Assembly (NCBI GenBank): GCA_964016885.1
Contig: OZ024742.1
Span: 342,178,001-342,242,000, forward strand
DNA from: Eledone cirrhosa
Lineage: Eukaryota
Length of the DNA: 64,000 nucleotides
Direction of reading: 5' to 3'
Shown: positions 28,995 through 43,900 of the stretch, piece by piece
Position numbering within the stretch: position 1 is the stretch's first letter
How the letters are laid out: each line of letters starts with the position of its first letter
Translations under genes and position numbers: made by a program
The notes under the pieces: model-generated
Seen by the model: only the letters and a program-made list of their open reading frames with translations
What the model was told of the DNA's origin: nothing
The model's database searches: none

Positions 28995-29666
28995 ATGTGA
29001 TCTACAGTAGTATGAAGTATGTGATCTCCAGTGGTATGAAGTATGTGATCTCCAGTGGTATGAATTATGTGATCTACAGTGGTATGAAGTATGTGATCTC
29101 CAGTGGTATGAAGTATGTGATCTACAGTGGTATGAAGAATGTGATCTCCAGTGGTATGAAGTATGTGATCTCCTGTGGTATGAAGTATGTGATATCCTGT
29201 GGTATGAAGTATGTGATCTCCAGTGGTATGAAGTATGTGATCTCCAGTGGTATGAAGTATGTGATATCCTGTGGTATGAAGTATGTGATATCCTGTGGTA
29301 TGAAGTATGTGATCTCCAGTGGTATGAAGGATGTGATCTACAGTAGTATGAAGTATGTGATCTCCAGTGGTATGAAGTATGTGATCTCCAGTGGTATGAA
29401 TTATGTGATCTACAGTGGTATGAAGTATGTGATCTCCAGTGGTATGAAGTATGTGATCTACAGTGGTATGAAGTATGTGATCTCCAGTGGTATGAAGTTT
29501 GTGATCTCCTGTGGTATGAAGTATGTGATATCCTGTGGTATGAAGTATGTGATCTCCAGTGGTATGAAGTATGTGATCTCCAGTGGTATGAAGTATGTGA
29601 TATCCTGTGGTATGAAGTATGTGATATCCTGTGGTATGAAGTATGTGATCTCCAGTGGTATGAAGG
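28995..29666 (+). repeat. Local 336-bp (14-monomer) tandem duplication inside a third, partial copy of block A (about 28540-30300)
   Basis: CAGTAG occurs at 29005 and 29341, AAGGAT units at 29324 and 29660, and the AATTAT units are also 336 bp apart. The block-A tail follows (CCTGGGG, GATGTAC ~29863, TCTAGA 29889, AACTAT). Confidence 0.85.
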
Positions 29667-30081
29667 ATGTGATATCCTGGGGTATGAAGTATGTGATATC
29701 CTGTGGTATGAAGTATGTGATCTCCAGTGGTATGAAGTATGTGATCTCCAGTGCTATGAAGTATGTGATCTACAGTGGTATGAAGTATGTGATCTACAGT
29801 GATATGAAGTATGTGATCTACAGTGGTATGAAGTATGTGATATCCTGTGGTATGAAGTATGTGATGTACAGTGGTATGAAGTATGTGATCTAGAGTGGTA
29901 TGAACTATGTGATATCCTGTGGTATGAAGTATGTGATCTCCAGTGGTATGAAGTATGTGATATCCTGTGGTATGAAGTATGTGATCTACAGTGGTATGAA
30001 GTATGTGATCTACAGTGGTATGAAGTATGTGATCTCCTGTGGTATGAAGTATGTGATCTCCAGTGGTATGAAGTATGTGAT

Positions 30082-32900
30082 CAAACAGTGATATGAGGTA
30101 TGTGATCTACAGTGGTATGAAGTATGTGATCTCCTGTGATATGAAGTATGTGATCTACAGTGGTATGAAGTATGTGATCTACAGTGGTATGAAGTATGTG
30201 ATCTCCAGTGGTATGAAGTATGTGATCTACAGTGGTATGAAGTATGTGATCTACAGTGGTATGATGTATGTGATCTCCAGTGGTATGAAGTATGTGATCT
30301 CCATTGGTATGAAGTATGTGATCTCCAGTGGTATGAAGTATGTGATCTACAGTGGTATGAAGTATGTGATCTCCAGTGGTATGAAGTATGTGATCTACAG
30401 TGGTATGAAGTATGTGATCTACAGTGGTATGAAGTATGTGATCTACAGTGGTATGAAGTATGTGATCTACAGTGGTATGAAGTATGTGATATCCTGTGGT
30501 ATGAAGTATGTGATCTCCTGTGGTATGAAGAATGTGATCTACATTGGTATGAAGTATGTGATCTCCAGTGCTATGAAGTATGTGATCTACAGTGGTATGA
30601 AGTATGTCAGCTCCAGTGGTATGAAGTATGTGATCTCCAGTGGTATGAAGTATGTGATCTACAGTGGTATGAAGTATGTGATCTCCAGTGGTATGAAGTA
30701 TGTAATCTACAGTGGTATGAAGTATGTGATCTACAGTGGTATGAAGTATGTGATATCCTGTGGTATGAAGTATGTGATATCCTGTGGTATGAAGTATGTG
30801 ATCTACAGTGGTATGAAGTATGTGATCTCCTGTGATATGAAGTATGTCATCTACAGTGGTATGCAGTATGTGATCTACAGTGGTATGAAGTATGTGATCT
30901 CCGGGCGTATGAAGTATGTGATCTACAGTGGTATGAAGTATGTGATCTCCAGTGGTATGAAGTATGTCAGCTCCAGTGGTATGAAGTATGTGATCTACAG
31001 TGGTATGAAGTATGTGATCTACAGTGGTATGATGTATGTGATATCCAGTGGTATGAAGTATGTGATCTCCATTGGTATGAAGTATGTGATCTGCAGTGAT
31101 ATGAAGTATGTGATCTACAGTGGTATGAAGTATGTGATCTTCAGTGGTATGAAGTATGTGATCTCCAGTGCTATGAAGTATGTGATCTACAGTGGTATGA
31201 AGTATGTGATATCCTGTGGTATGAAGTATGTGATCTCCATTGGTATGAAGTATGTGATCTCCAGTGGTATGAAGTATGTGATCTCCAGTGGTATGAAGTA
31301 TGTGATCTACAGTGGTATGAAGTATGTGATCTCCAGTGGTATGAAGTATGTGATATCCTGTGGTATGAAGTATGTGATCTCCATTGGTATGAAGTATGTG
31401 ATCTCCAGTGGTGTGAAGTATGTGATCTCCAGTGGTATGAAGTATGTGATCTACAGTGGTATGAAGTATGTGATCTACAGTGGTATGAAGTATGTGATCT
31501 ACAGTGGTATGAAGTATGTGATATCCTGTGGTATGAAGTATATGATCTCCATTGGTATGAAGTATGTGATCTCCAGTGGTATGAAGTATGTGATCTCCAG
31601 TGGTATGAAGTATGTGATCTCCAGTGGTATGAAGTATGTGATCTACAGTGGTATGAAGTATGTGATCTACAGTGGTATGAAGTATGTGATATCCTGTGGT
31701 ATGAAGTATGTGATCTACAGTGGTATGAAGTATGTGATCTACAGTGGTATGAAGTATGTGATCTCCTGTGGTATGAAGTATGTGATCTCCAGTGGTATGA
31801 AGTATGTGATCAAACAGTGATATGAGGTATGTGATCTACAGTGGTATGAAGTATGTGATCTCCTGTGATATGAAGTATGTGATCTACAGTGGTATGAAGT
31901 ATGTGATCTCCAGTGGTATGAAGTATGTGATCTACAGTGGTATGAAGTATGTGATCTACAGTGGTATGATGTATGTGATCTCCAGTGGTATGAAGTATGT
32001 GATCTCCATTGGTATGAAGTATGTGATCTCCAGTGGTATGAAGTATGTGATCTACAGTGGTATGAAGTATGTGATCTCCAGTGGTATGAAGTATGTGATC
32101 TACAGTGGTATGAAGTATGTGATCTACAGTGGTATGAAGTATGTGATCTACAGTGGTATGAAGTATGTGATCTACAGTGGTATGAAGTATGTGATATCCT
32201 GTGGTATGAAGTATGTGATCTCCTGTGGTATGAAGAATGTGATCTACATTGGTATGAAGTATGTGATCTCCAGTGCTATGAAGTATGTGATCTACAGTGG
32301 TATGAAGTATGTCAGCTCCAGTGGTATGAAGTATGTGATCTCCAGTGGTATGAAGTATGTGATCTACAGTGGTATGAAGTATGTGATCTCCAGTGGTATG
32401 AAGTATGTGATCTACAGTGGTATGAAGTATGTGATCTACAGTGGTATGAAGTATGTGATATCCTGTGGTATGAAGTATGTGATATCCTGTGGTATGAAGT
32501 ATGTGATCTACAGTGGTATGAAGTATGTGATCTCCTGTGATATGAAGTATGTCATCTACAGTGGTATGCAGTATGTGATCTACAGTGGTATGAAGTATGT
32601 GATCTCCGGGGGTATGAAGTATGTGATCTACAGTGGTATGAAGTATGTGATCTCCAGTGGTATGAAGTATGTCAGCTCCAGTGGTATGAAGTATGTGATC
32701 TACAGTGGTATGAAGTATGTGATCTACAGTGGTATGATGTATGTGATATCCAGTGGTATGAAGTATGTGATCTCCATTGGTATGAAGTATGTGATCTGCA
32801 GTGATATGAAGTATGTGATCTACAGTGGTATGAAGTATGTGATCTTCAGTGGTATGAAGTATGTGATCTCCAGTGCTACGAAGTATGTGATCTACAGTGG
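30082..32900 (+). repeat. Two related blocks starting at the CAAACAG markers at 30082 and 31811 (offset 1729), also related to the block starting at 9111
   Basis: ORF-track translations from 30093, 31822 and 9122 share the same variant order (MR, SCD, MM, SIG, KN-YIG, SSA, SSS, MQ, SGG, CSD, FSG, SSA). Confidence 0.8.
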
Positions 32901-35900
32901 TATGAATTATGTGATCTCCAGTGGTATGAAGTATGTGATCTCCAGTGGTATGAAGTATGTGATCTCCAGTGGTATGAAGTATGTGATCTCCAGTGGTATG
33001 AAGTATGTGATCTCCAGTGGTATGAAGTATGTGATCTACAGTGGTGTGAAGTATGTGATCTACAGTGGTATGAAGTATGTGATATCCTGTGGTATGAAGT
33101 ATGTGATCTCCGTTGGTATGAAGTATGTGATCTCCAGTGGTATGAAGTATGTGATCTCCAGTGGTATGAAGTATGTGATCTCCAGTGGTATGAAGTATGT
33201 GATCGACAGTGGTATGAAGTATGTGATCTATAGTGGTATGAAGTATGTGACATCCTGTGGTATGAAGTATATGATCTCCATTGGTATGAAGCATGTGATC
33301 TCCATTGGTATGAAGTATGTGATCTGCAGTGATATGAAGTATGTGATCTACAGGGGTATGAAGTATGTGATCTTCAGTGGTATGAAGTATGTGATATCCA
33401 GTGCTATGAAGTATGTGATCTCCAGTGGTATGAAGTATGTGATCTTCAGTGGTATGAAGTATGTGATCTACAGTGGTATGAAGTATGTGATCTACAGTGG
33501 TATGAAGTATGTGATCTCCAGTGGTATGAAGTATGTGATCTCCAGTGGTATGAAGTATGTGATCTACAGTGGTATGAAGTATGTGATCTACAGTGGTATG
33601 AAGTATGTGATATCCTGTGGTATGAAGTATGTGATCTACAGTGGTATGAAGTATGTGATCTCCTGTGGTATGATGTATGTGATCTCCAGTGGTATGAAGT
33701 ATGTGATCTACAGTGATATGAGGTATGTGATCTACAGTGGTATGAAGTATGTGATCTCCTGTGATATGAAGTATGTGATCTACAGTGGTATGAAGTATGT
33801 GATATACAGTGGTATGAAGTATGTGATCTCCAGTGGTATGAAGTATGTGATCTACAGTGGTATGAAGTATGTGATCTACAGTTGTATGATGTATGTGATC
33901 TCCAGTGGTATGAAGTATGTGATCTCCATTGGTATGAAGTATGTGATCTCCAGTGGTATGAAGTATGTGATCTACAGTGGTATGAAGTATGTGATCTCCA
34001 GTGGTATGAAGTATGTGATCTACAGTGGTATGGAGTATGTGATCTACAGTGGTATGAAGTATGTGATCTACAGTGGTATGAAGTATGTGATCTACAGTGG
34101 TATGAAGTATGTGATCTACAGTGGTATGAAGTATGTGATCTCCAGTGGTATGAAGTATGTGATCTCCAGTGGTATGAAGTATGTGATCTCCTGTGGTATG
34201 AAGTATGTGATCTACAGTGGTATGAAGTTTGTGATCTCCAGTGGTATGAAGTATGTGATCTACAGTGGTATGACGTATGTCAGCTCCAGTGGTATGAAGT
34301 ATGTGATCTACAGTGGTATGAAGTATGTGATCTACAGTGGTATGAAGTATGTGATCTCCAGTGGTATGAAGTATGTGATCTACAGTGGTATGAAGTATGT
34401 GATCTACAGTGGTATGAAGTATGTGATATCCTGTGGTATGAAGTATGTGATATCATGTGGTATGAAGTATGTGATCTCCAGTGGTATGAAGTATGTGATC
34501 TCCAGTGGTATGAAGTATGTGATATCCTGTGGTATGAAGTATGTGATCTCCGGTGGTATGAAGTATGTAATCTCCAGTGGTATGAAGTATGTGATATCCT
34601 GTGGTATGAAGTATGTGATCTCCTGTGGTATGAGGTATGTGATCTACAGTGGTATGAAGTATGTGATATCCTGTGGTATGAAGTATGTGATATCCTGTGG
34701 TATGAAGTATGTGATCTCCAGTGGTATGAAGTATGTGATCTCCAGTGGTATGAAGTAAGTGATCTCCAGTGGTATGAAGTATGTGATCTCCAGTGGTATG
34801 AAGTATGTGATCTTCAGTGGTATGAAGTATGTGATCTACAGTGGTATGAAGTATGTGATCTACAGTGTTATGAAGTATGTGATCTACAGTGGTATGAAGT
34901 ATGTGATCTACAGTGGTATGAAGTATGTGATCTACAGTGGTATGAAGTATGTGATCTCCAGTGGTATGAAGTATGTGATCTCCAGTGGTATGAAGTATGT
35001 GATCTACAGTGGTATGAAGTATGTGATCTACAGTGGTATGAAGTATGTCAGCTCCAGTGGTATGATGTATGTGATCTCCAGTGGTATGAAGTATGTGATC
35101 AACAGTGGTATGAAGTATGTGATCTCCTGTGGTATGAAGTATGTGATCTCCTGTGGTATGAAGTATGTGATCTCCAGTGGTATGAAGTATGTGATCTACA
35201 GTGGTATGAAGTATGTGATCTACAGTGGTATGAAGTATGTGACATCCTGTGGTATGAAGTATATGATCTCCATTGGTATGAAGTATGTGATCTCCAGTGG
35301 TATGAAGTATGTGATCTCCAGTGGTATGAAGTATGTGATCTCCGGTGGTATGAAGTATGTGATCTACAGTGGTATGAAGTATGTGATCTACAGTGGTATG
35401 AAGTATGTGATATCCTGTGGTATGAAGTATGTGATCTACAGTGGTATGAAGTATGTGATCTACAGTGGTATGAAGTATGTGATCTCCTGTGGTATGAAGT
35501 ATGTGATCTCCAGTGGTATGAAGTATGTGATCTACAGTGATATGAGGTATGTGATCTACAGTGGTATGAAGTATGTGATCTCCTGTGACATGAAGTATGT
35601 GATCTACAGTGGTATGAAGTATGTGATCTACAGTGGTATGAAGTATGTGATCTACAGTGGTATGATGTATGTGATCTCCAGTGGTATGAAGTATGTGATC
35701 TCCATTGGTATGAAGTATGTGATCTCCAGTGGTATGAAGTATGTGATCTACAGTGGTATGAAGTATGTGATCTCCAGTGGTATGAAGTATGTGATCTACA
35801 GTGGTATGAAGTATGTGATCTACAGTGGTATGAAGTATGTGATCTACAGTGGTATGAAGTATGTGATCTACAGTGGTATGAAGTATGTGATCTCCAGTGG

Positions 35901-36676
35901 TATGAAGTATGTGATCTCCAGTGGTATGAAGTATGTGATCTCCTGTGGTATGAAGTATGTGATCTACAGTGGTATGAAGTTTGTGATCTCCAGTGGTATG
36001 AAGTATGTGATCTACAGTGGTATGAAGTATGTGATATCCTGTGGTATGAAGTGTGTGATCTACAGTGGTATGAAGTATGTGATCTCCAGTGGTATGAAGT
36101 ATGTGATCTCCTGTGGTATGAAGAATGTGATCTACAGTGGTATGAAATATGTGATCTCCAGTGGTATGAAGTATGTGATCTACAGTGGTATGAAGTATGT
36201 CAGCTCCAGTGGTATGAAGTGTGTGATCTCCAGTGGTATGAAGTATGTGATCTACAGTGGTATGAAGTATGTGATCTCCAGTGGTATGAAGTATGTGATC
36301 TACAGTGGTATGAAGTATGTGATCTACAGTGGTATGAAGTATGTGATATCCTGTGGTATGAAGTATGTGATATCCTGTGGTATGAAGTATGTGATCTCCA
36401 GTGGTATGAAGTATGTGATCTCCAGTGGTATGAAGTAAGTGATCTCCAGTGGTATGAAGTATGTGATCTCCAGTGGTATGAAGTATGTGATCTTCAGTGG
36501 TATGAAGTATGTTATCTACAGTGGTATGAAGTATGTGATCTACAGTGTTATGAAGTATGTGATCTACAGTGGTATGAAGTATGTGATCTACAGTGGTATG
36601 AAGTATGTGATCTACAGTGGTATGAAGTATGTGATCTACAGTGGTATGAATTATGTGATCTCCAGTGGTATGAAAT

Positions 36677-39600
36677 ATGCCATCCAGTGGTATGAAGTAT
36701 GTGATCTACAGTGGTATGAAGTATGTGATCTACAGTGGTATGAAGTATGTGATCTCCAGTGGTATGAAGTATGTGATCTCCAGTGGTATGAAGTATGTGA
36801 TCTACAGTGGTATGAAGTATGTGATCTACAGTGGTATGAAGTATGTCAGCTCCAGTGGTATGATGTATGTGATCTCCAGTGGTATGAAGTATGTGATCAA
36901 CAGTGGTATGAAGTATGTGATCTCCTGTGGTATGAAGTATGTGATCTCCTGTGGTATGAAGTATGTGATCTCCAGTGGTATGAAGTATGTGATCTACAGT
37001 GGTATGAAGTATGTGATCTACAGTGGTATGAAGTATGTGACATCCTGTGGTATGAAGTATATGATCTCCATTGGTATGAAGTATGTGATCTCCAGTGGTA
37101 TGAAGTATGTGATCTCCAGTGGTATGAAGTATGTGATCTCCAGTGGTATGAAGTATGTGATCTACAGTGGTATGAAGTATGTGATCTACAGTGGTATGAA
37201 GTATGTGATATCCTGTGGTATGAAGTATGTGATCTACAGTGGTATGAAGTATGTGATCTACAGTGGTATGAAGTATGTGATCTCCTGTGGTATGAAGTAT
37301 GTGATCTCCAGTGGTATGAAGTATGTGATCTACAGTGATATGAGGTATGTGATCTACAGTGGTATGAAGTATGTGATCTCCTGTGACATGAAGTATGTGA
37401 TCTACAGTGGTATGAAGTATGTGATCTACAGTGGTATGAAGTATGTGATCTACAGTGGTATGATGTATGTGATCTCCAGTGGTATGAAGTATGTGATCTC
37501 CATTGGTATGAAGTATGTGATCTCCAGTGGTATGAAGTATGTGATCTACAGTGGTATGAAGTATGTGATCTCCAGTGGTATGAAGTATGTGATCTACAGT
37601 GGTATGAAGTATGTGATCTACAGTGGTATGAAGTATGTGATCTACAGTGGTATGAAGTATGTGATCTACAGTGGTATGAAGTATGTGATCTCCAGTGGTA
37701 TGAAGTATGTGATCTCCAGTGGTATGAAGTATGTGATCTCCTGTGGTATGAAGTATGTGATCTACAGTGGTATGAAGTTTGTGATCTCCAGTGGTATGAA
37801 GTATGTGATCTACAGTGGTATGAAGTATGTGATATCCTGTGGTATGAAGTGTGTGATCTACAGTGGTATGAAGTATGTGATCTCCTGTGGTATGAAGTAT
37901 GTGATCTCCAGTGGTATGAAGTATGTGATCTCCTGTGGTATGAAGTATGTGATCTACAGTGGTATGAAGTATGTCAGCTCCAGTGGTATGAAGTGTGTGA
38001 TCTCCAGTGGTATGAAGTATGTGATCTACAGTGGTATGAAGTATGTGATCTCCAGTGGTATGAAGTATGTGATCTACAGTGGTATGAAGTATGTGATCTA
38101 CAGTGGTATGAAGTATGTGATATCCTGTGGTATGAAGTATGTGATATCCTGTGGTATGAAGTATGTGATCTCCAGTGGTATGAAGTATGTGATCTCCAGT
38201 GGTATGAAGTATGTGATCTCCAGTGGTATGAAGTATGTGATCTACAGTGGTATGAAGTATGTGATCTCCAGTGGTATGAAGTATGTGATCTCCAGTGGTA
38301 TGAAGTATGTGATCTCCAGTGGTATGAAGTATGTAATCTCCAGTGGTATGAAGTATGTGATATCCTGTGGTATGAAGTATGTGATCTCCTGTGGTATGAG
38401 GTATGTGATCTACAGTGGTATGAAGTATGTGATATCCTGTGGTATGAAGTATGTGATATCCTGTGGTATGAAGTATGTGATCTCCAGTGGTATGAAGTAT
38501 GTGATCTCCAGTGGTATGAAGTATGTGATCTCCAGTGGTATGAAGTATGTGATCTCCAGTGGTAGGAAGTATGTGATCTTCAGTGGTATGAAGTATGTGA
38601 TCTATAGTGGTATGAAGTATGTCATCTACAGTGGTATGAAGTATGTGATCTACAGTGGTATGAAGTATGTGATCTACAGTGGTATGAAGTATGTGATCTA
38701 CAGTGGTATGAAGTATGTGATCTACAGTGGTATGAAGTATGTGATATCCAGTGGTATGAAGTATGTGATCTCCAGTGGTATGAAGTATGTGATCTCCTGT
38801 GGTATGAAGAATGTGATCTACAGTGGTATGAAATATGTGATCTCCAGTGGTATGAAGTATGTGATCTACAGTGGTATGAAGTATGTCAGCTCCAGTGGTA
38901 TGAAGTGTGTGATCTCCAGTGGTATGAAGTATGTGATCTACAGTGGTATGAAGTATGTGATCTCCAGTGGTATGAAGTATGTGATCTACAGTGGTATGAA
39001 GTATGTGATCTACAGTGGTATGAAGTATGTGATATCCTGTGGTATGAAGTATGTGATATCCTGTGGTATGAAGTATGTGATCTCCAGTGGTATGAAGTAT
39101 GTGATCTCCAGTGGTATGAAGTATGTGATCTCCAGTGGTATGAAGTATGTGATCTTCAGTGGTATGAAGTATGTGATCTACAGTGGTATGAAGTATGTGA
39201 TCTACAGTGTTATGAAGTATGTGATCTACAGTGGTATGAAGTATGTGATCTACAGTGGTATGAAGTATGTGATCTACAGTGGTATGAAGTATGTGATCTA
39301 CAGTGGTATGAATTATGTGATCTCCAGTGGTATGAAATATGCCATCCAGTGGTATGAAGTATGTGATCTACAGTGGTATGAAGTATGTGATCTACAGTGG
39401 TATGAAGTATGTGATCTCCAGTGGTATGAAGTATGTGATCTCCAGTGGTATGAAGTATGTGATCTACAGTGGTATGAAGTATGTGATCTACAGTGGTATG
39501 AAGTATGTCAGCTCCAGTGGTATGATGTATGTGATCTCCAGTGGTATGAAGTATGTGATCAACAGTGGTATGAAGTATGTGATCTCCTGTGGTATGAAGT

Positions 39601-40920
39601 ATGTGATCTCCTGTGGTATGAAGTATGTGATCTCCAGTGGTATGAAGTATGTGATCTACAGTGGTATGAAGTATGTGATCTACAGTGGTATGAAGTATGT
39701 GACATCCTGTGGTATGAAGTATATGATCTCCATTGGTATGAAGTATGTGATCTCCAGTGGTATGAAGTATGTGATCTCCAGTGGTATGAAGTATGTGATC
39801 TCCAGTGGTATGAAGTATGTGATCTACAGTGGTATGAAGTATGTGATCTACAGTGGTATGAAGTATGTGATATCCTGTGGTATGAAGTATGTGATCTACA
39901 GTGGTATGAAGTATGTGATCTACAGTGGTATGAAGTATGTGATCTCCTGTGGTATGAAGTATGTGATCTCCAGTGGTATGAAGTATGTGATCTACAGTGA
40001 TATGAGGTATGTGATCTACAGTGGTATGAAGTATGTGATCTCCTGTGACATGAAGTATGTGATCTACAGTGGTATGAAGTATGTGATCTACAGTGGTATG
40101 AAGTATGTGATCTACAGTGGTATGATGTATGTGATCTCCAGTGGTATGAAGTATGTGATCTCCATTGGTATGAAGTATGTGATCTCCAGTGGTATGAAGT
40201 ATGTGATCTACAGTGGTATGAAGTATGTGATCTCCAGTGGTATGAAGTATGTGATCTACAGTGGTATGAAGTATGTGATCTACAGTGGTATGAAGTATGT
40301 GATCTACAGTGGTATGAAGTATGTGATCTACAGTGGTATGAAGTATGTGATCTCCAGTGGTATGAAGTATGTGATCTCCAGTGGTATGAAGTATGTGATC
40401 TCCTGTGGTATGAAGTATGTGATCTACAGTGGTATGAAGTTTGTGATCTCCAGTGGTATGAAGTATGTGATCTACAGTGGTATGAAGTATGTGATATCCT
40501 GTGGTATGAAGTGTGTGATCTACAGTGGTATGAAGTATGTGATCTCCTGTGGTATGAAGTATGTGATCTCCAGTGGTATGAAGTATGTGATCTCCTGTGG
40601 TATGAAGAATGTGATCTACAGTGGTATGAAATATGTGATCTCCAGTGGTATGAAGTATGTGATCTACAGTGGTATGAAGTATGTCAGCTCCAGTGGTATG
40701 AAGTGTGTGATCTCCAGTGGTATGAAGTATGTGATCTACAGTGGTATGAAGTATGTGATCTCCAGTGGTATGAAGTATGTGATCTACAGTGGTATGAAGT
40801 ATGTGATCTACAGTGGTATGAAGTATGTGATATCCTGTGGTATGAAGTATGTGATATCCTGTGGTATGAAGTATGTGATCTCCAGTGGTATGAAGTATGT
40901 GATCTCCAGTGGTATGAAGT
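36677..40920 (+). repeat. Right-domain duplication at offset 2662 bp (111x24 - 2): about 36677-37930 vs 39339-40590, with a further paralog at about 35000-36430
   Basis: The translations starting at 36677 and 39339 agree for about 420 codons. GATCAACAG occurs at 35097, 36895 and 39557, and GTGACATG units recur at the same spacing. Confidence 0.85.
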
Positions 40921-43900
40921 AAGTGATCTCCAGTGGTATGAAGTATGTGATCTCCAGTGGTATGAAGTATGTGATCTTCAGTGGTATGAAGTATGTGATC
41001 TACAGTGGTATGAAGTATGTGATCTACAGTGTTATGAAGTATGTGATCTACAGTGGTATGAAGTATGTGATCTACAGTGGTATGAAGTATGTGATCTCCA
41101 GTGGTATGAAGTATGTGATCTACAGTGGTATGAAGTATGTGATATACAGTGGTATGAAGTATGTGATATCCTGTGGTATGAAGTATGTGATCTACAGTGG
41201 TATGAAGTATCTGATCTACAGTGGTATGAAGTATGTGATCTCCTGTGGTATGAAGTATGTGATCTCCAGTGGTATGAAGTATGTGATCTACAGTGATATG
41301 AGGTATGTGATCTACAGTGGTATGAAGTATGTGATCTCCTGTGACATGAAGTATGTGATCTACAGTGGTATGAAGTATGTGATCTACAGTGGTATGAAGT
41401 ATGTGATCTCCAGTGGTATGAAGTATGTGATCTCCAGTGGTATGAAGTATGTGATCTACAGTGGTATGAAGTTTGTGATCTCCAGTGGTATGAAGTATGT
41501 GATCTACAGTGGTATGAAGTATGTGATATCCTGTGGTATGAAGTGTGTGATCTACAGTGGTATGAAGTATGTGATCTCCTGTGGTATGAAGTATGTGATC
41601 TCCAGTGGTATGAAGTATGTGATCTCCTGTGGTATGAAGAATGTGTTCTACAGTGGTATGAAATATGTGATCTCCAGTGGTATGAAGTATGTGATCTACA
41701 GTGGTATGAAGTATGTCAGCTCCAGTGGTATGAAGTCGGTGATCTCCAGTGGTATGAAGTATGTGATCTACAGTGGTATGAAGTATGTGATCTCCGGTGG
41801 TATGAAGTATGTGATCTGCAGTGGTATGAAGTATGTGATCTACAGTGGTATGAAGTATGTGATATCCTGTGGTATGAAGTATGTGATATCCTGTGGTATG
41901 AAGTATGTGATCTCCAGTGGTATGAAGTATGTGATCTACAGTGGTATGAAGTATGTGATCTACAGTGGTATGAAGTATGTGATCTCCAGTGGTATGAAGT
42001 ATGTGATCTCCAGTGGTATGAAGTATGTGATCTCCTGTGGTATGAAGTATGTGATCTACAGTGGTATGAAGTTTGTGATCTCCAGTGGTATGAAGTATGT
42101 GATCTACAGTGGTATGAAGTATGTGATATCCTGTGGTATGAAGTGTGTGATCTACAGTGGTATGAAGTATGTGATCTCCTGTGGTATGAAGTATGTGATA
42201 TCCAGTGGTATGAAGTATGTGATCTCCTGTGGCATGAAGAATGTGATCTACAGTGGTATGACATATGTGATCTCCAGTGGTATGAAGTATGTGATCTACA
42301 GTGGTATGAAGTATGTCAGCTCCAGTGGTATGAAGTATGTGATCTACAGTGGTATGAAGTATGTGATCTACAGTGGTATGAAGTATGTGATCTCCAGTGG
42401 TATGAAGTATGTGATCTACAGTGGTATGAAGTATGTGATCTACAGTGGTATGAAGTATGTGATATCCTGTGTTATGAAGTATGTGATATCCTGTGGTATG
42501 AAGTATGTGATCTCCAGTGGTATGAAGTATGTGATCTCCAGTGGTATGAAGTATGTGATCTCCAGTGGTATGAAGTATGGGATCTCCATTGGTATGAAGT
42601 ATGTAATCTCCAGTGGTATGAAGTATGTGATATCCTGTGGTATGAAGTATGTGATCTCCTGTGGTATGAGGTATGTGATCTACAGTGGTATGAAGTATGT
42701 GATATCCTGTGGTATGAAGTATGTGATATCCTGTGGTATGAAGTATGTGATCTCCAGTGGTATGAAGTATATGATCTCCAGTGGTATGAAGATTGTGATC
42801 TCCAGTGGTATGAAGCCTGTGATCTCCAGTGGTATGAAGTATGTGATCTTCAGTGGTATGAAGTATGTGATCTACAGTGGTATGAAGTATGTCATCTACA
42901 GTGGTATGAAGTATGTAATCTCCAGTGGTATGAAGTATGTGATCTACAGTGGTATGAAGTATGTGATCTACAGTGGTATGAAGTATGTGATCTACAGTGG
43001 TATGAAGTATGTGATCTCCAGTGGTATGAAATATGTCAGCTCCAGTGGTATGAAGTATGTGATCTACAGTGGTATGAAGTATGTGATCTACAGTGGTATG
43101 AAGTATGTGATCTCCAGTGGAATGAAGTATGTGATCTCCAGTGGTATGAAGTATGTGATCTACAGTGGTATGAAGTATGTGATCTCCAGTGGTATGAAGT
43201 ATGTGATCTACAGTGGTATGAAGTATGTGATCTACAGTGGTATGAAGTATGTGATCTACAGTGGTATGAAGTATGTGATCTACAGTGGTATGAAGTATGT
43301 GATCTACAGTGGTATGAAGTATGTGATCTACAGTGGTATGAAGTATGTGATCTCCAGTGGTATGAAGTATGTGATCTCCAGTGGTATGAAGTATGTGATC
43401 TCCTGTGGTATGAAGTATGTGATCTACAGTGGTATGAAGTTTGTGATCTCCAGTGGTATGAAGTATGTGATCTACAGTGGTATGAAGTATGTGATATCCT
43501 GTGGTATGTAGTGTGTGATCTACAGTGGTATGAAGTATGTGATCTCCTGTGGTATGACATATGTGATCTCCAGTGGTATGACGTATGTGATCTACAGTGG
43601 TATGAAGTATGTCAGCTCCAGTGGTATGAAGTATGTGATCTACAGTGGTATGAAGTATGTGATCTCCAGTGGTATGAAGTATGTGATCTACAGTGGTATG
43701 AAGTATGTGATCTACAGTGGTATGAAGTATGTGATATCCTGTGGTATGAAGTATGTGATATCCTGTGGTATAAAGTATGTGATCTCCAGTGGTATGAAGT
43801 ATGTGATCTCCAGTGGTATGAAGTATGTGATCTCCAGTGGTATGAAGTATGTGATCTACAGTGGTATGAAGTATGTGATCTCCAGTGGTATGAAGTATGT

